Of a DNA stretch of 64,000 nucleotides, positions 49,520 through 62,688 are shown piece by piece. Position 1 is the stretch's first letter, and every line of letters begins with the position of its first letter. The position numbers and the translations under genes are program-made. The notes under the pieces were generated by a model. That model was not told the DNA's origin and did not search any database. It was given only the letters and a program-made list of their open reading frames with translations. The DNA is from Balanoglossus misakiensis (Eukaryota > Animalia > Hemichordata), in contig CM082594.2 of NCBI GenBank assembly GCA_040954595.2, positions 9,490,296 to 9,554,295 on the forward strand, in the 5' to 3' direction.

Positions 49520-52500
49520 CTGTGTTTGTGAGAAATTAATGGAAATAGAAACATAGAAATATGCTCGGGAGGAAAATTGTCTATCAAAGTTCTATCATGT
49601 TCATCACAATATCCTCCAAATTACAACAGAAATGTCATATCAGCCAGTGGGTCAGACATTATTGGTTGAATGTAAATCCATTTTATCTGTTTGCCATATC
49701 CTTTTAAGTCATAGGTTATCATTCAAGCCAATCACAGATTTTATTTGTTGGCCACAAAAAATGAAATGTGCCATTGCATGGTTATTTAGAGGTCAATATT
49801 GTGGAGTATGTGCTAAAAAGAACCCAATATTAGTCATTACTAAACTACTGATGGCAATTGTCTGTGTCATGGTCAGGTAATAACTGTTTACCCCATGTTA
49901 CTTAGCAACCATATGGGCACTACTTAGGTCAAAGGTCAATAGATTAATGACAAAAGCCTGTCACACAAATCTTTTCAGGTCTATTTTATTGGACAAAGCA
50001 TTATCCATGCCATTGTGAAATTAATAAATGTTTTTTTCTTCTAATGTACCCTGAAACTTTAAACCTGCAAAGACATTTGACGCGTTCATATAGTTACAAT
50101 TTAACACAGTATCTGAAATAAATGCCTTTTTATTCAGAAACATATTTACAAAAAGATTACAAAAACAAATATGTGCAAAATTGTTGACCATGTATCAGAG
50201 AATATAAAATAATACTATGCCTGACAAAAATATCAATTTACACATTTTTCTGTATAATTTACTAAGTGTGAGGAAAAAATTGACTAATAAATTAAATTTG
50301 GAACTTTGTATTATGATTTTTTTTATATAATGTTCAAGCCATTTGATAAAAATATTAACATGAGCAAGATTTTGCTAATGGACGTCTTTGGTGCAGTGAT
50401 TTAACTTGGCAAGTGGCCGTTGTAAAATTGATCTCTAATAAACATAATTGGACGGTACGTTCTATGAAAGAATACATATATATACTATATACACAGATGA
50501 AAATTTATAAAGCCTCGAGGTTGTAGCTGTTCACTTTTTAATTTTGTTTCCATTGAAAATTCATCTATTTTTTTTTGGTAGATGTAATTTATTTATACAG
50601 ACTGTTTTGTGGAATTGTGGAGTTACATCATATTTGGTGTTTTAGTACTGTGGTGATCTAGGATTTCGGTCACATGATCAACATGTATGAGTGTGATTCT
50701 ATAAATGATAATATTTACGTTGCTATGGCATCAGGATGTTCATTTGGGAAAATAAACTAAAGGATAACTACATGTGTGTTACGATGTACACTTTTATGTG
50801 AATCTAAAAAGTTTAACCAGGGAACGATTTCGCTTAATCGCACTACTTTTTTTCTCATCGCTATGGCTGACAGAAAAATCACAGTCATTCGAAAGTCTTA
50901 CACTGACAGAATACTATCTCTACACATGCTGAAAGTGAGCAAAATTTTGGCAACATGGAAAAGAAAGATGCCTACTTTTGTCCATTTTTGGGTGTTGCGT
51001 CAACTAGCCTATCAAGGGGTTTATTGCCAAGGTCAAAGGTCAAGAAAACTTGTATAGAAGGCCACAGTAATGGCATTCTACATTTTACATCGCTTTAAAA
51101 CATGAAAAAAAAATAGGTGGGTAAGCGGGCAAATAAAACACACACAAATATAAAATAAACTAAAACTTCCTTTCACTTGACAGTTTATCTAATGTAGTGG
51201 AGTCTGCAAGAACAGAAGTTTGATGTAACGCAAAATACAACTGACTCTGGTGACATTAAACAATTTGAACTTAGTATGGGGTTAAATCCATGCATGTCAA
51301 AGGTCATCAGGGTCAGAGTTCAACACTAACTTAACATTTGATTTTCTCTATTTGCCCAGTAGTTTGCAGCCAGGCAATGATCAATTTCAGCCAAAAACAT
51401 TGTGTGTGTGCTTTGCTAAAATCTTCCAGCAAAAATGCATTAATGACGATGTGAAACATATCATTGAATTACTGTGGCCTAATGAGGATTTTTGAAAGTT
51501 TATGTTTGTTTTATTCTTTTTAAGGACAATTTAAACATAAAGTCAAAACTGTACTAACTGGAAGTCAAGTTGTTTTAATCTTCATTTCAGAACATAGGTA
51601 GGTGTAATACTGTGTTTGAATACAAAGGAAAATTAAACAAGAGTATATCTTTGATTGTAAGCTAGCCTGAATAACCCTAAAATGTGTTTTTAAATAAAAG
51701 CTTCCATTTTTTTTAAATGTTTGCAAAACATTTTTTCGCTTGTAAACTTTGTCTCTTTCTTGAAATTATAGCATAAAGAAAAAAACAAAAGTGATACTTT
51801 TGAGTTGGAATAGTACTATTAATGGACACGTTCTTGATAAAATTATAATGTTTTGTCATGTGCTGGCTCTTAGCATGTGTGAATTTTAATGTGAATAAAT
51901 TTATTTGAAGTTCATTTCTTGTTTTTGAAAATTCAGGAAGGCCAACCCATGAACCAACCCAGGACCCCCGGACTTCCCAACCCTGGAGGGACGCTAGAAT
52001 CCCCCCAGCTGTTTGTAGACATCTTGTATGCCAGAAAACATGAATTCTCTCTCACAAACGCCAAAGTCTGCTCAGTTACGCAACACTACAGGGACCCTCC
52101 ATCTCCTGTTTTCAGACAAGCATCACTAAACAACTATCTGCCCTAGTCGGATAGTTTGGACGGACCATGAAATCTCCTTTCACTCTCATCTCTGCTCAGA
52201 TATGCCCAGTAACAATAGCTCAACAATCTCCATCTCTAATTCCTCCCAAACAAAATATTGCAATACTTTTTTTGTATAGAATAACAGACCATTTGCAGAG
52301 AACCGTAGATTCTTATGAAAGGTCACATCAGAGATGGAGGGAATGTGGTTTTTCACTTTAAAATGTTTACATTTACAAGATACTCGGTATTAAATGACAC
52401 TCCTCAGCTGACTGACTGCAACCCTCACTTTTTTGAAAGAATGCTATTATCATCAGAAACATATCTTAGGATGGCTACCTGTATTACAACATTTAAGGAA

Positions 52501-52789
52501 TTCACAAAATGCTCTGAGAAGTATTTTAAATGTCTCCTCTCAATATCCGACTGCACAACCCAAAACATGGCTGGAGATGGAAACATCTTTTGTTACATCA
52601 TTATTATGATTCTAACGCTAAGAAATCAAGAATCCACAAACTATCAAAGAAAGAACAGTTTCACTGTAAGGACAGATACATTCCGCGATTTTGTTCCAAA
52701 ATTTCTTCCATTTTTTATTCCCATTCCCTTTCTCTGTACACTGCTTATGTCAAGGCATCATCGTCTTCAGTTTCAGATACAAGAGTTCC

Positions 52790-55700
52790 CTAGTAGTAGT
52801 AGCCATAGTCTGTAAAACAAAGAGAATTTTTACAAAGTAAATATTCCGAAACAGGCTAGTTTTACAGGGGACAGTAGTTATTGATGCCTTGAGCCTTAAG
52901 CAGTGTGTTTGGTGTGATTTTTAAGCGTTTGTGCAGAGAAAGGGAACACGGAGGCTTACATATACGAAGAGATCGGTATAGTATCTGTCCTTACTATCCA
53001 ACTGTGTCGCAGGCCAATCAACCTGTGTAGATCACAAAGTTCAGACAATTAGTGTAAATCAATCAATTATGCAAATATATGATCATACTTTACATTCATT
53101 ATGAAATGTAATACTATTTTCCTTGCTATTCATCATCTGGGTGAAACTATCCAGTTTCAAGTCAGTCATACAGATAGAACATTTCAGTATATTTGATATG
53201 ACTTTATACACTTTAAAGGAGTGCAATCACCTCTAATTTACATATATCCATATATGGTTATGTAGTGGTGCACTTTTTGTGCAGCCACCCAACTGAAAAT
53301 CTGTGATTGGCTAGAATGCTTGGTAACTGTGGTTGTCTTCACAGGTACAATATACTCTTCAGAGGTACACAATGTGACACAGTATCGTAGTAAAAACAGA
53401 CACAGAAAGAGGAAAGACTTCACGGGTGACAGTACAGAGATAGACGTGGTGATAGGTCAATATTTGCCACAATTACGCTACAGAATATCAACACACCACT
53501 TAAGGATAAAGTAGGAAGCATAAATAAAGTGATGCTGCTTCTAACAGACGTGGTTTTTTTTACTTACTTGGCGCCTTTAAAGGTTCAACTTCCTGAGGAC
53601 CTGCGGGGTGCTGTGGTATTCTATGCCTATAGTGTCGGTAATACCGAAATTGCAAAAAAGAAATAAACACAAATCAAGGGAGAGATTTGAGATGAAACAA
53701 AATCCTACCTTGGTGACCTACTTGTCTACGCCTATAATGTGAGAAAATGAAAAATGAAGGTGAATTCACTGAACAACATGCAAAATAATAATGATATTTT
53801 CACAATCTGATTGGTCTTTTAAATAATAAGTTATATTCCTTGTCTGTAATGAAACATGCACTGGCAGAGAACGATGATGACAATGAAACTGTTACTTATC
53901 TAGGTACGTCTTATCAACGGGTACTGGAGCTAGATTTGACGACAGCATGAGTATTTTGTAACTTTGCCACAAGATTGACTTCCATGTATGCAGGTATTAA
54001 TGTATAGAGAGGAGTGCATGCAATGTATTTCTGAATTGTAACTTTGAATTTGTATAATGATCTGATTCTTACTTACGAGTCTAGCGGAGGTAGTGCGTAA
54101 CCGCCCATCCTTGGCAATGAATAGTGATGATGATGGACAGACGGAGGTCGACGTGAACCTCGAAACGTTAAGACTTGTGGTTCAGGTGCGGCCGCTGCTG
54201 CTACTACAGGTACTGCTGCTGATGATTGGAAAGGTGATGATTTGGGTATACTGCTCAGCATCATCTGTTGCATTATAATCTGATGCATCTGCGCGTTCTG
54301 GATCATCATCATTTCCATCATATCTGAGTGGAGAAAACAAAAGATGTCCAACATTGCTCTCATGTAATTCCAGTCAAATTTGGCAGAAAGCTAAATCAGT
54401 TCAATGGATTTGAATGGAAAAAAACTTGCACTGTGTACTGTTTAGATAGAACATCAAAACACTAAACAAAAACAACTTCACTCCAGAGGTTTTTCTATTT
54501 TAGAGATCGAGGTTCTTTCGGAAGTTTAACCCTTTCACCCCCAGTTCCATCTATGGAGGTCCAACCTTCCCATAGAAAACAATGGGTTTGGACTGAACCA
54601 TGGTGGTGAAAGGGTTAATTCTTACCTTGCTTCGTATTGGACGGCGCTTGCGGAGGTGGTATTTGTTGGATCAAAGCTGCAGGGTTCTGTTGAGGTGCTG
54701 GTAGCTGTTGAATAATCGTCGGTTGTTGCTGCTGTGGAAGTTGCTGCGGGGGTTGGCCGAGCGATTGGAAATAAAGCCCGGCACCATCACCCCCACCTCC
54801 TCCTCCTCCTCCCCTGGGCCCCCGACTCGCCCTGTTACTCTCATTACGTATCACGTGTTCGACTATTTGCCGCTGTGGCATGGTGTTGTAAATGTTTTGA
54901 TTGTCTGGAAGGGAACGCGGCGTGGGAATGGGCGAAAGATTTCGTCTGTAGTTACCACCGTATGAACGGGGTCTATAGTTCATCTCCTCGCTCTGTTCCC
55001 TCTGTAATAAAAAAAAAATAAAGAAATAAATCCCATGCCCTTGAGACTTACTCACCTACTTGGTTGACGCCCCACCCCCCAAAAAAATTCCCCCACATTA
55101 GGGTTCAGAGTCTACAAACTGGTTGCATAGTATAGAACAATGTTTTATTATATCATCTACTTGAGGTTTGGCATTTTAATACAGGGTAAATTGTCCTACA
55201 TATTTTAGTGATATTACCCCACTCCTCAAACACAAAGTTTAGCTGAATTTACAACAAATCTGATAAATCCAGGTTATAATAGAAATCTCAATTAATTTCC
55301 AATTTAAACTTTCGCAATGTGACTAAAGGGAAGTTCTTGAACATCTTGAGGAACACGGTGCTTACATCAGAAGAAAAAGATCGAACTCACCCTAAGTTGA
55401 TTGAGTAAGGCTTGCCGTCTGCTCAAAGCGTGTTGTAAATGTAACTGACTACCAGAACCTGTTCTCCAAAAAAGAAAAAAGAAGCAAGAATTAAATGGTC
55501 AATCTCAACAAGAACTAAATGATTTCTTCTGCCCACTTTAATAGATAATAACATTGATATACCAAGGGCCTGGTAAAATGAAATACCAGTATTCTATCTC
55601 AATCATGCACAGAGTCAAAAGCCCTGATACTTACAAATGAGGTGCCTGACACAGAAACACCAACCATGCTTATTATATCAGCAGGATACTGCTGTCTAAC

Positions 55701-57409
55701 ACTAACGTAACCAATTTCAACGCGGATACCCACAGCAGTTGAAGTCTCCATGACAACATACATAAACATGCCAAACTTGGCATTTTCAATTGGCTTCAAT
55801 GACAGTCATTTGTTTGCTATAAATAGATTGGCACATGCCAATTAGAGCTATAATTCGTCTTTACAACTGATAATTTTGTGTAAGCTACGAAGGCAGCCAG
55901 TTTGTCTCTCGATGGAAAAAACAACAACTTGGTAACGTGTGAGATAATGGTATCCAACAGAAATGACAGCCAGATAAGGCAGTGAACAAATCCCTTCTAC
56001 GCAAATCGTAAAATAAATCACTTATAGATCCCATAGCCGCAAATCCTCCGCACACACCAAGGAATAAATCACACAGCAATCACGTAATGATGCCAACATA
56101 ACACGGTTGTACAGAAAATCTCTTTAATGGAAGTATTTCAGATGCATTAGCAAACAGAACTAAGCCTAAATTATCCCTGAACAGTTTTGAAAATGCCGAT
56201 GCGTCTCTAAGTATGACAGTGCGTATATTTCTTCTTCCTTTTCTTGGTGTTCACATCATCTGATCTAAACGCAAGAATATGCTTTTTTTGTAGGTACTTA
56301 TGTCATGACTGACATTAACAGCGTTTAGTGACAAAAAGTAAATATGACATCTATAGGAAAATGGTTGTTTCCAGTGTGAACATGGCGGTGAATTGGAAAC
56401 GGAATCTGATACCAGATGTTATCAATCTGTAGTTGACATGAGACACTGACACTTAATTTTTGTAAGGCTTTGTGTGTGTAGGGTTCCTTTGTGTCTCGTT
56501 GTTTTAACTTCCCTAACAGCTTTGCTTTTGAAGTTGTGAACTAAATCTGGTCGTTTATTATGGAGACGGTTGTTCAATTGTAATATTGTGATGGCTGGTT
56601 TTAGACTGCACCAGGTGCAAGACCATTACACGTTGCAACTTAACTCACTTGGATTGGGAACGTGTTGGGATTTATTCATAACGCTGACGGAAGGTATACG
56701 GCCAGTTGCTTGGTAGCTTTAAGCAATTCACCCCCAACTTACCTGTGTCAAGTGGGTGCAACCAATAGCACTAAAATCAACGAGGCTGCACCACGAAAAA
56801 AAAAGAAGAAATAAAAGAACAAAAGAATGACAGCAAATGGCGTCTTCTCTCACCTGATTTCGTTTTTCCTGATCCAGCTGTTGATACGTCCCGTTCTGTA
56901 TCTAGTTTCTGAAATAATCCAAATAATATCACTTAATGAGTAACATTTTTCATAGCAGCTTCCAAAAAAAGCTGTGGCTATATTGCCCTTTGCCTTGATG
57001 AATGAATGACCAGTGAGTGGTGTTGGTAGGCTAAGGTACATGGTTGACATGGTGTTTCTTGACACAGGTCAATGAAATCAAGCAAAAGGCTATGCTGGAA
57101 ACCCATGATAGGGTACACACTGCAAATATTTGAAGAGCTCTAATGGTTATACAGTCAAGCACTTGGCAAATAAATATAAAACTAGGTGCAGTGAAGAAAG
57201 AGCTCCTGGCAACCAGGTTCATATATGACCTTGGCATCACAACACGAGGTACCCACAAATACCGGGTATATTACGGTGAAGTTGGTAGACGTCTAGTGTC
57301 CAGCCAATAAGAATGACGTGTACATATATAAACAAGTTTCTAAAATAAAAACATTCCATATCCCACTTGCCGAACCCACCAAAGGACCAGTCTCTGCCAC
57401 GTTCGTCAT
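52790..57409 (-). CDS. C21orf58: C21orf58/PRR29-like DUF4587 protein, proximal exons
   Basis: Exons 56854-56908 (KLDTER), 55391-55458 (LQHALSRRQALLNQLR), 54626-55001 (Pro/Gln-rich), 54077-54323 (DMMEMMMIQNAQMHQIIMQQMML, the DUF4587 motif) and 53568-53626. Tentative first exon 57371-57409 (GC donor) and tentative short last exon 52790-52809 (NYGYYY*). Confidence 0.7.
53213..53361. mobile_element. Diverged copy of the Kolobok-like MITE
   Basis: Starts TTAAAGGAGTGCAATCACCT. Shares the internal CCACCC.ACTGAAA.TCTGTGATTGG.TAGA...TGGTAACTGTGG sequence with 41473-41654. Confidence 0.7.
54526..54618. mobile_element. Short piggyBac-like MITE (TTAA-CCC...GGG-TTAA)
   Basis: TTAACCCTTTCACC ... GGTGAAAGGGTTAA, a perfect 14-bp inverted repeat including TTAA. 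Confidence 0.85.
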
Positions 57410-57636
57410 TTTGACAAGTCTCACGTATCGACCAACTCTGTCACACTCTCAAACGCCGCAGTCTTCATGTTGGCAGAACGGCCCCTTCTCCGCTCAAAGT
57501 CGTCATTTCTTCGCATGCGGTACAAACGTTACGATAAAGGTAGCTGTGCTCCAGAAAAGCTCTCTCGAGACGAGACAAGAAGAGCAACGCTGACCAACAA
57601 CGTTGTGAAGATCTCAGGCTGCGTACTAGTCATTAC

Positions 57637-57657
57637 GTTTCCCCTAGCAACACCAAT
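57637..57657 (-). promoter_or_regulatory. X-box (RFX)-like site and CCAAT in a CpG-richer putative promoter of the DUF4587 gene
   Basis: GTTTCCCCTAGCAAC and ACCAATCA ~230 nt upstream of the candidate ATG at 57409. Confidence 0.45.
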
Positions 57658-58663
57658 CACTAAACATTCAAGTGAACATCTTTGGTGTACTGAGCACGGG
57701 ACTCAATGACAGCCCCTCTGCCTGTATTTTTTTTTTTAGAGTTTGATCCTTTTGTGTGCACGACAACAATAATCTTTTGTTGTGTTTTCATGATTCAACT
57801 ATTATTTACAAATAATGGTTTCACAAACGTTAACAAAGGGAAAGCCTTCTACCAGAGCAGTGAATGGCTGAGTGTCTGAACCTTGCCTGTCTCTAGGTGG
57901 AAACTATGTTAATGTCCTCCCTTCATAGAATAGCAGCCTAGTCTTTTTCGGATTATCTTGTTTATACAGGCTATGTTTTAATATCCAAATGGCAATAAAT
58001 CATGACAAATTCTGTAAGATGTGTTCACGCTGACGGTAACGTGAATGCTTATTATATACGTCATGAGAAATTTTCATAATTATTGAATCAAATTATGTAG
58101 CCCAGAGGTTGACAGCCATGTTCTGTGTGAGAGGTTAACAAAACTGACATTGAGCTCAATTGATTTGATTGCTTTGATCATCTGTCAGTTTTGACCTGCT
58201 CGCTCGCAACCACAAAGATCTGGCTACAGCCATGGTGATGTCTAAACTGAAGTGAAAGACACTAAATTGTCCACTGGCAAGTGAAACTGTTCTCCATTTT
58301 TAATGAAAACTGTAAAACAACAAATCTTGAACGCCTCACTGACCACTAGCGTCACACTGACACTATAGAGGGAGCTAAACTAACAAACAACATCGACAAA
58401 GACAGTTATATTCGAAATACCCTGTTAAATATGACAAAAGATATTACCTAGTATGCTTTCGCGTTCATTTTAAGAAAACAGACAATCAAATCGTGTCTTT
58501 AACGCAAAGTGATGTGGTCAAATTTGTCGTAACTTCAACTTTTAGCAATTTCATGAGTATAAAACGTTAAACATCTGATAATTTTTACTTCCTCAATGCT
58601 GATATTCAAATGTTAAATGAATGATTTTTTTACAACTCGCTCCAACTAATTGCCACACAAGAT

Positions 58664-58711
58664 GAGACCCTCTAGTGGCGAACGTTGGCCACGTTCTGAC
58701 ACCATGGCAAC
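58664..58711. promoter_or_regulatory. CTCF-like motif adjacent to an X-box half-site
   Basis: Minus strand CGCCACTAGAGGGTCTC. CCATGGCAAC at 58702-58711. Confidence 0.4.
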
Positions 58712-61700
58712 GAACGGCTGTTTACAGCTTGTGCGGACAGAAAAGAAGACTCCCTAGGGAAGCTTTGATTATCTCTCGGCAGTGGAAAAAAAACATAAAG
58801 CATTCATAAAAAGAGGATGGTCATGTAGGTGATTATAGTAAAAGCGCAAAAGAATAATTCGCCCACCCTTTCTGTTTATGCTGTAACCAACGGATACACC
58901 AAGTGGCCAGTTTATGTCTTGTGCAATGACCGTAGTTTTGTGGAATGACTTCTAACACAACACTCATCTCTCCATACACAGATCTTTTTACGATAACATT
59001 GAAAAGAGTGATGTTTTTGCAATCTAGTGTCAAGTATTACCGGGCGAATGAACACACAAAGTGGTGTTTTTTATTTCTTGTTTAGATTCGATCTCATCTC
59101 AATAGATTTGTATCCGAGTAACACTGACTTACTGACTGGTAACCTTCAATGCGACCGACTGTAACGACTTGCCACGTACAATGCTGGGTGGATCCCTTGG
59201 CAAATAACGGTACTGACAAACACTGTGCCCTTGATTTGAAGTATTCATGTGAAGAAACATTTTAGTACTTGTTGAAATTATTGTCAGTACCAGGACAGTT
59301 AGGTGGGACGTTTTGGGGCGCTTTGCTAATCGAGAAATTTGAAAATTTAGATTTAAAATAAAGCGAGACCCCTAACTTCTGTGCTAGATAACGGCACCAT
59401 GATTTTGTCAGATGCAAATCTTGATGAATTCTGAACTTCATTGTCTAATAAGGCTGAAGTCACTATGTTCTCTAAAAAGGACTTAGATACGATTATTTTC
59501 TCCCATTGCCTATAAACTTCTGATGGGTTTTCTATGGTCATAAATTAGCATTTCACACAGTAGAGCTGAATCACACACTAGATAGGGTCTATCTCTAGTA
59601 CGACACTGCCTTTGTGAAGATGATTTGCTCTCAAAGGCTTAACCTTGAACTATCAAAGAAATGCATTTAGCTTTATGAGGACTGCCCTGCCTAGAGCTCT
59701 TTATTAATACTGAACATCGCCAACCAACCATGTCAACAGTCTATTTTACAAAGAACCAATATGGATGTCTTCTTTAAGAAACCGGTGATTGCTTTGACAT
59801 TGTTCAGATTAAAATGTCAAACCTCACGTTCTCTAGTAGAGAATGAAGTTGCCATATTGGGTTGTGTTTCAAACAATGTTATCTGAAAATTGAAATCGAT
59901 TTATCAGAGATACATAGCAACAGAAAGCTGATTTGTGAAATTTATTCCCTGGTGATACAGACATGAAATGAACACATGCAATGAATACGTCTATGAAATT
60001 TGAAAGCGGTCTGGAAACTTCAATGGTGCATGAGTTTAGTCAGGAATCTATGCCACAACTTTTTCTGTTCTATTTTGGGTTCTATCCTATACATACACAC
60101 TCCATTTCACAAGAACTTTGGATTACATAAATCACTAAATCTTCCAACTATTGCCGTTTATGCTTCCCGAAATAGCAGGTGTCTTTAGAGCGACTGTTGT
60201 CATGCAGTCAGCACAGTTTCCATAGTTACAGACTTCCATGAACGTCTGTGGACAAACCCATGTGTGAAGGAGGATGAACGAGATGAATCATTTTTGGTAT
60301 TTATTAACACTGAATGTGGGAGTCGACTTTTAAATCTAACAAATAACCAAGAACAGGCTCGACTTACTTTGCGTGCAAGGCTTATGAGTCGCACAATGTC
60401 CAGCATTCAGGAACATGAAATGTGAATCGTGAGATATACACCGTACGTCTCGGTGTACGAAGAATCTTAATCCTGTACAAGGAGGAAGTTTTTATACCTC
60501 CCATTAAAGCTGTTCATCAGAGCGGATACGGTTAATCGACGCTTTCACGATGTTGAAAAGCAGCGAGATCACGATGAGAGAAATGATTGCCTCTGGAAGT
60601 CATTATGAGCTCTTCATGGGGAAAACACACTCAGGCAATCAATCATGTCACTCCAACTTTTATATGTAGGGTCAGAAAAATCAAAATTACTGTCATATTT
60701 TTCAGCATACTACTGCATCATTAAAAGCATTTTTTCTGTTTTCTATTCATTTTTGTGTGAAGAAATGGTTCAAACTGTGTGAAGTCCATTGATCACCAGG
60801 GAGTCTACCCCCGGTATATATGCTAATATTTTCATTCCAATTTCCATTAACTATTTTGAAAGTGCTCATTTCAATTATGGAAACCATTTTCACTTGGGCA
60901 GGCAGCACCATTTTTAATGCCAGTAACCTTACTGTAACCAGAAGTATATTAGCAATGGAGAAACTTAATGTCATCCTAAACCAGACATTATTTTTGCTCA
61001 GATTTTATTTCTTTTGCCTAAAAAGTCTGAAATAGGCCACAGACAAAGCTGCGGTAGGGTCTTTGGGATCTTCGATTTTAGTGCTATGGACAATACATGT
61101 CTAACACCAGGAGTTTGCACAAACATTTTTGTATGGGCTTTGTAAAAGTGAGCAGTTAGGGATTTGTCTCTTTAGTGGACAGTGAGGACAACAGGACTAG
61201 CAGTTTGGCATACAATTGCAAAAAGCAGGATATGACACCCCCCTGCTGATCCATAGGCTTCGCACAATTTCAACCATTCACTCACAAAAAAGAATCGCAA
61301 ATAGAAAAAAAAAGAGTTTTCAAATCAGTGACGTATATCCAGACTCCCTATCATGTAGGTTGTTGACATCGGAATAATATCAGGGTGCAGATCGGTCATT
61401 CCAAAAGAATTGTGGCCTGTTAAATCGGGGAATTTGGTCATCTGTATCAACAAACTCTGAAAGCAAATCGGGGACATTTGAAACTATAGTCGATAGAGTC
61501 TATAGGCATACATGTCTTCTAATACTATAGAATTTCAAGTGGGAGATTGTATGTGGTCACATTGCAAAGTTGTGATCAAAACGCAGCCAAAGAATCATTC
61601 GAAATTCTACCTGGCAAAAGATTTGGCATAATCTACCTGTACATTTTCAAATGATGCACATCAAACATGACCAACACTGGGTACAAAAAAGTTGCAATCT

Positions 61701-62614
61701 ACAGGGGGAAACATGTCAGTTTCAACTCTGGTATATAGATGTACGCCTAGACCTTTATGCACACCGAGATAGCCCTCTGAACATACTATAGAAACATGTA
61801 TTGACACTTAGCAACAAAGTCAGTCCTTGATAATAACTAAGTAATAAATTTGGACAGGTACACTATTGTTATAACAACCACTTGTTTCATCCAAATAAGT
61901 AACAGCCCACTTTACAAAGTTTGCCGTTTACAGGTGAAGTTGCTAGGCTTGGCAGGATATCTGAGTTTTGATATTTCTGCATGTGAAAAGTACCATTTTC
62001 TCCCTTCATACTATGCTAGATATTCGACTTTCGGTGTCAGAGCTGTTTTCTAACACTTGCTGCAGTGACTTAAGTTTGCTTTAGTCATGGCGAGGTAATC
62101 TCATTTGAAAGGCAGCATATCCATAGTGATGTCAAATGGCATACCGATATATGGATGTAATTTGTTATTTATTGAAATGTATTTTGCTCTTTCCGCTGAA
62201 CTGTAAATTTATACAAACCTGACACATTTGTTCTTGTTATTTAGCTTTTGTAAAATATTGTGACAAAGACATCCACCCACTTCAAAGAATAAACCATGAA
62301 AGCAGTTTAATCATGATTCTCAAACATCTCCTTTTTTTGCTGTTCAAATTTTTATCACTTAACCGCACGCCGCCGTGGCAACCTGACATCACAGGTACTT
62401 ATACTTAAAGCACTGCATCACAATATTTACACAATGCACATTGTGCCCATAAGAAAAGTTGCATGTGCAAGATTTTACAATGTAATGGGTGTGGTTAACA
62501 CATTATTGCATACTACTATATACACAAGATTTTATACATGGTGTCATAAATAATGAAATTCATTCCTCATAAGAATGGATGAAGCGTTAAATTCAACAGT
62601 TGGTTTTGCCCCCT

Positions 62615-62688
62615 TTAACCATGGATTAGTCCAAATCCAAGTGTTTTCTATGGTAAAGTTGGACGAAAGGTGGTCAAAGGGTCTTTAA
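62615..62688. mobile_element. Third, degenerate copy of the piggyBac-like MITE
   Basis: AACCATGGATTAGTCCAAATCCAAGTGTTTTCTATGGTAAAGTTGGAC matches the 26850 and 54526 copies. Confidence 0.6.

Noticed and set aside
52315-52815. 166-aa + strand ORF (and other unspliced ORFs in the track)
   Set aside because: No recognisable domain or splice structure. It lies antisense to probable UTR or intron sequence and is consistent with a chance ORF.
52960-53022. 63-nt minus-strand exon candidate (VDWPATQLDSKDRYYTDLFVY)
   Set aside because: Its phase is incompatible with the upstream phase-1 exon and gives an immediate stop, so it cannot be placed in the model.
56743-56785. 43-nt minus-strand exon candidate with a good donor
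   Set aside because: It introduces a stop or frameshift between the 56854 and 55458 exons. At most it is a poison exon and is unsupported.
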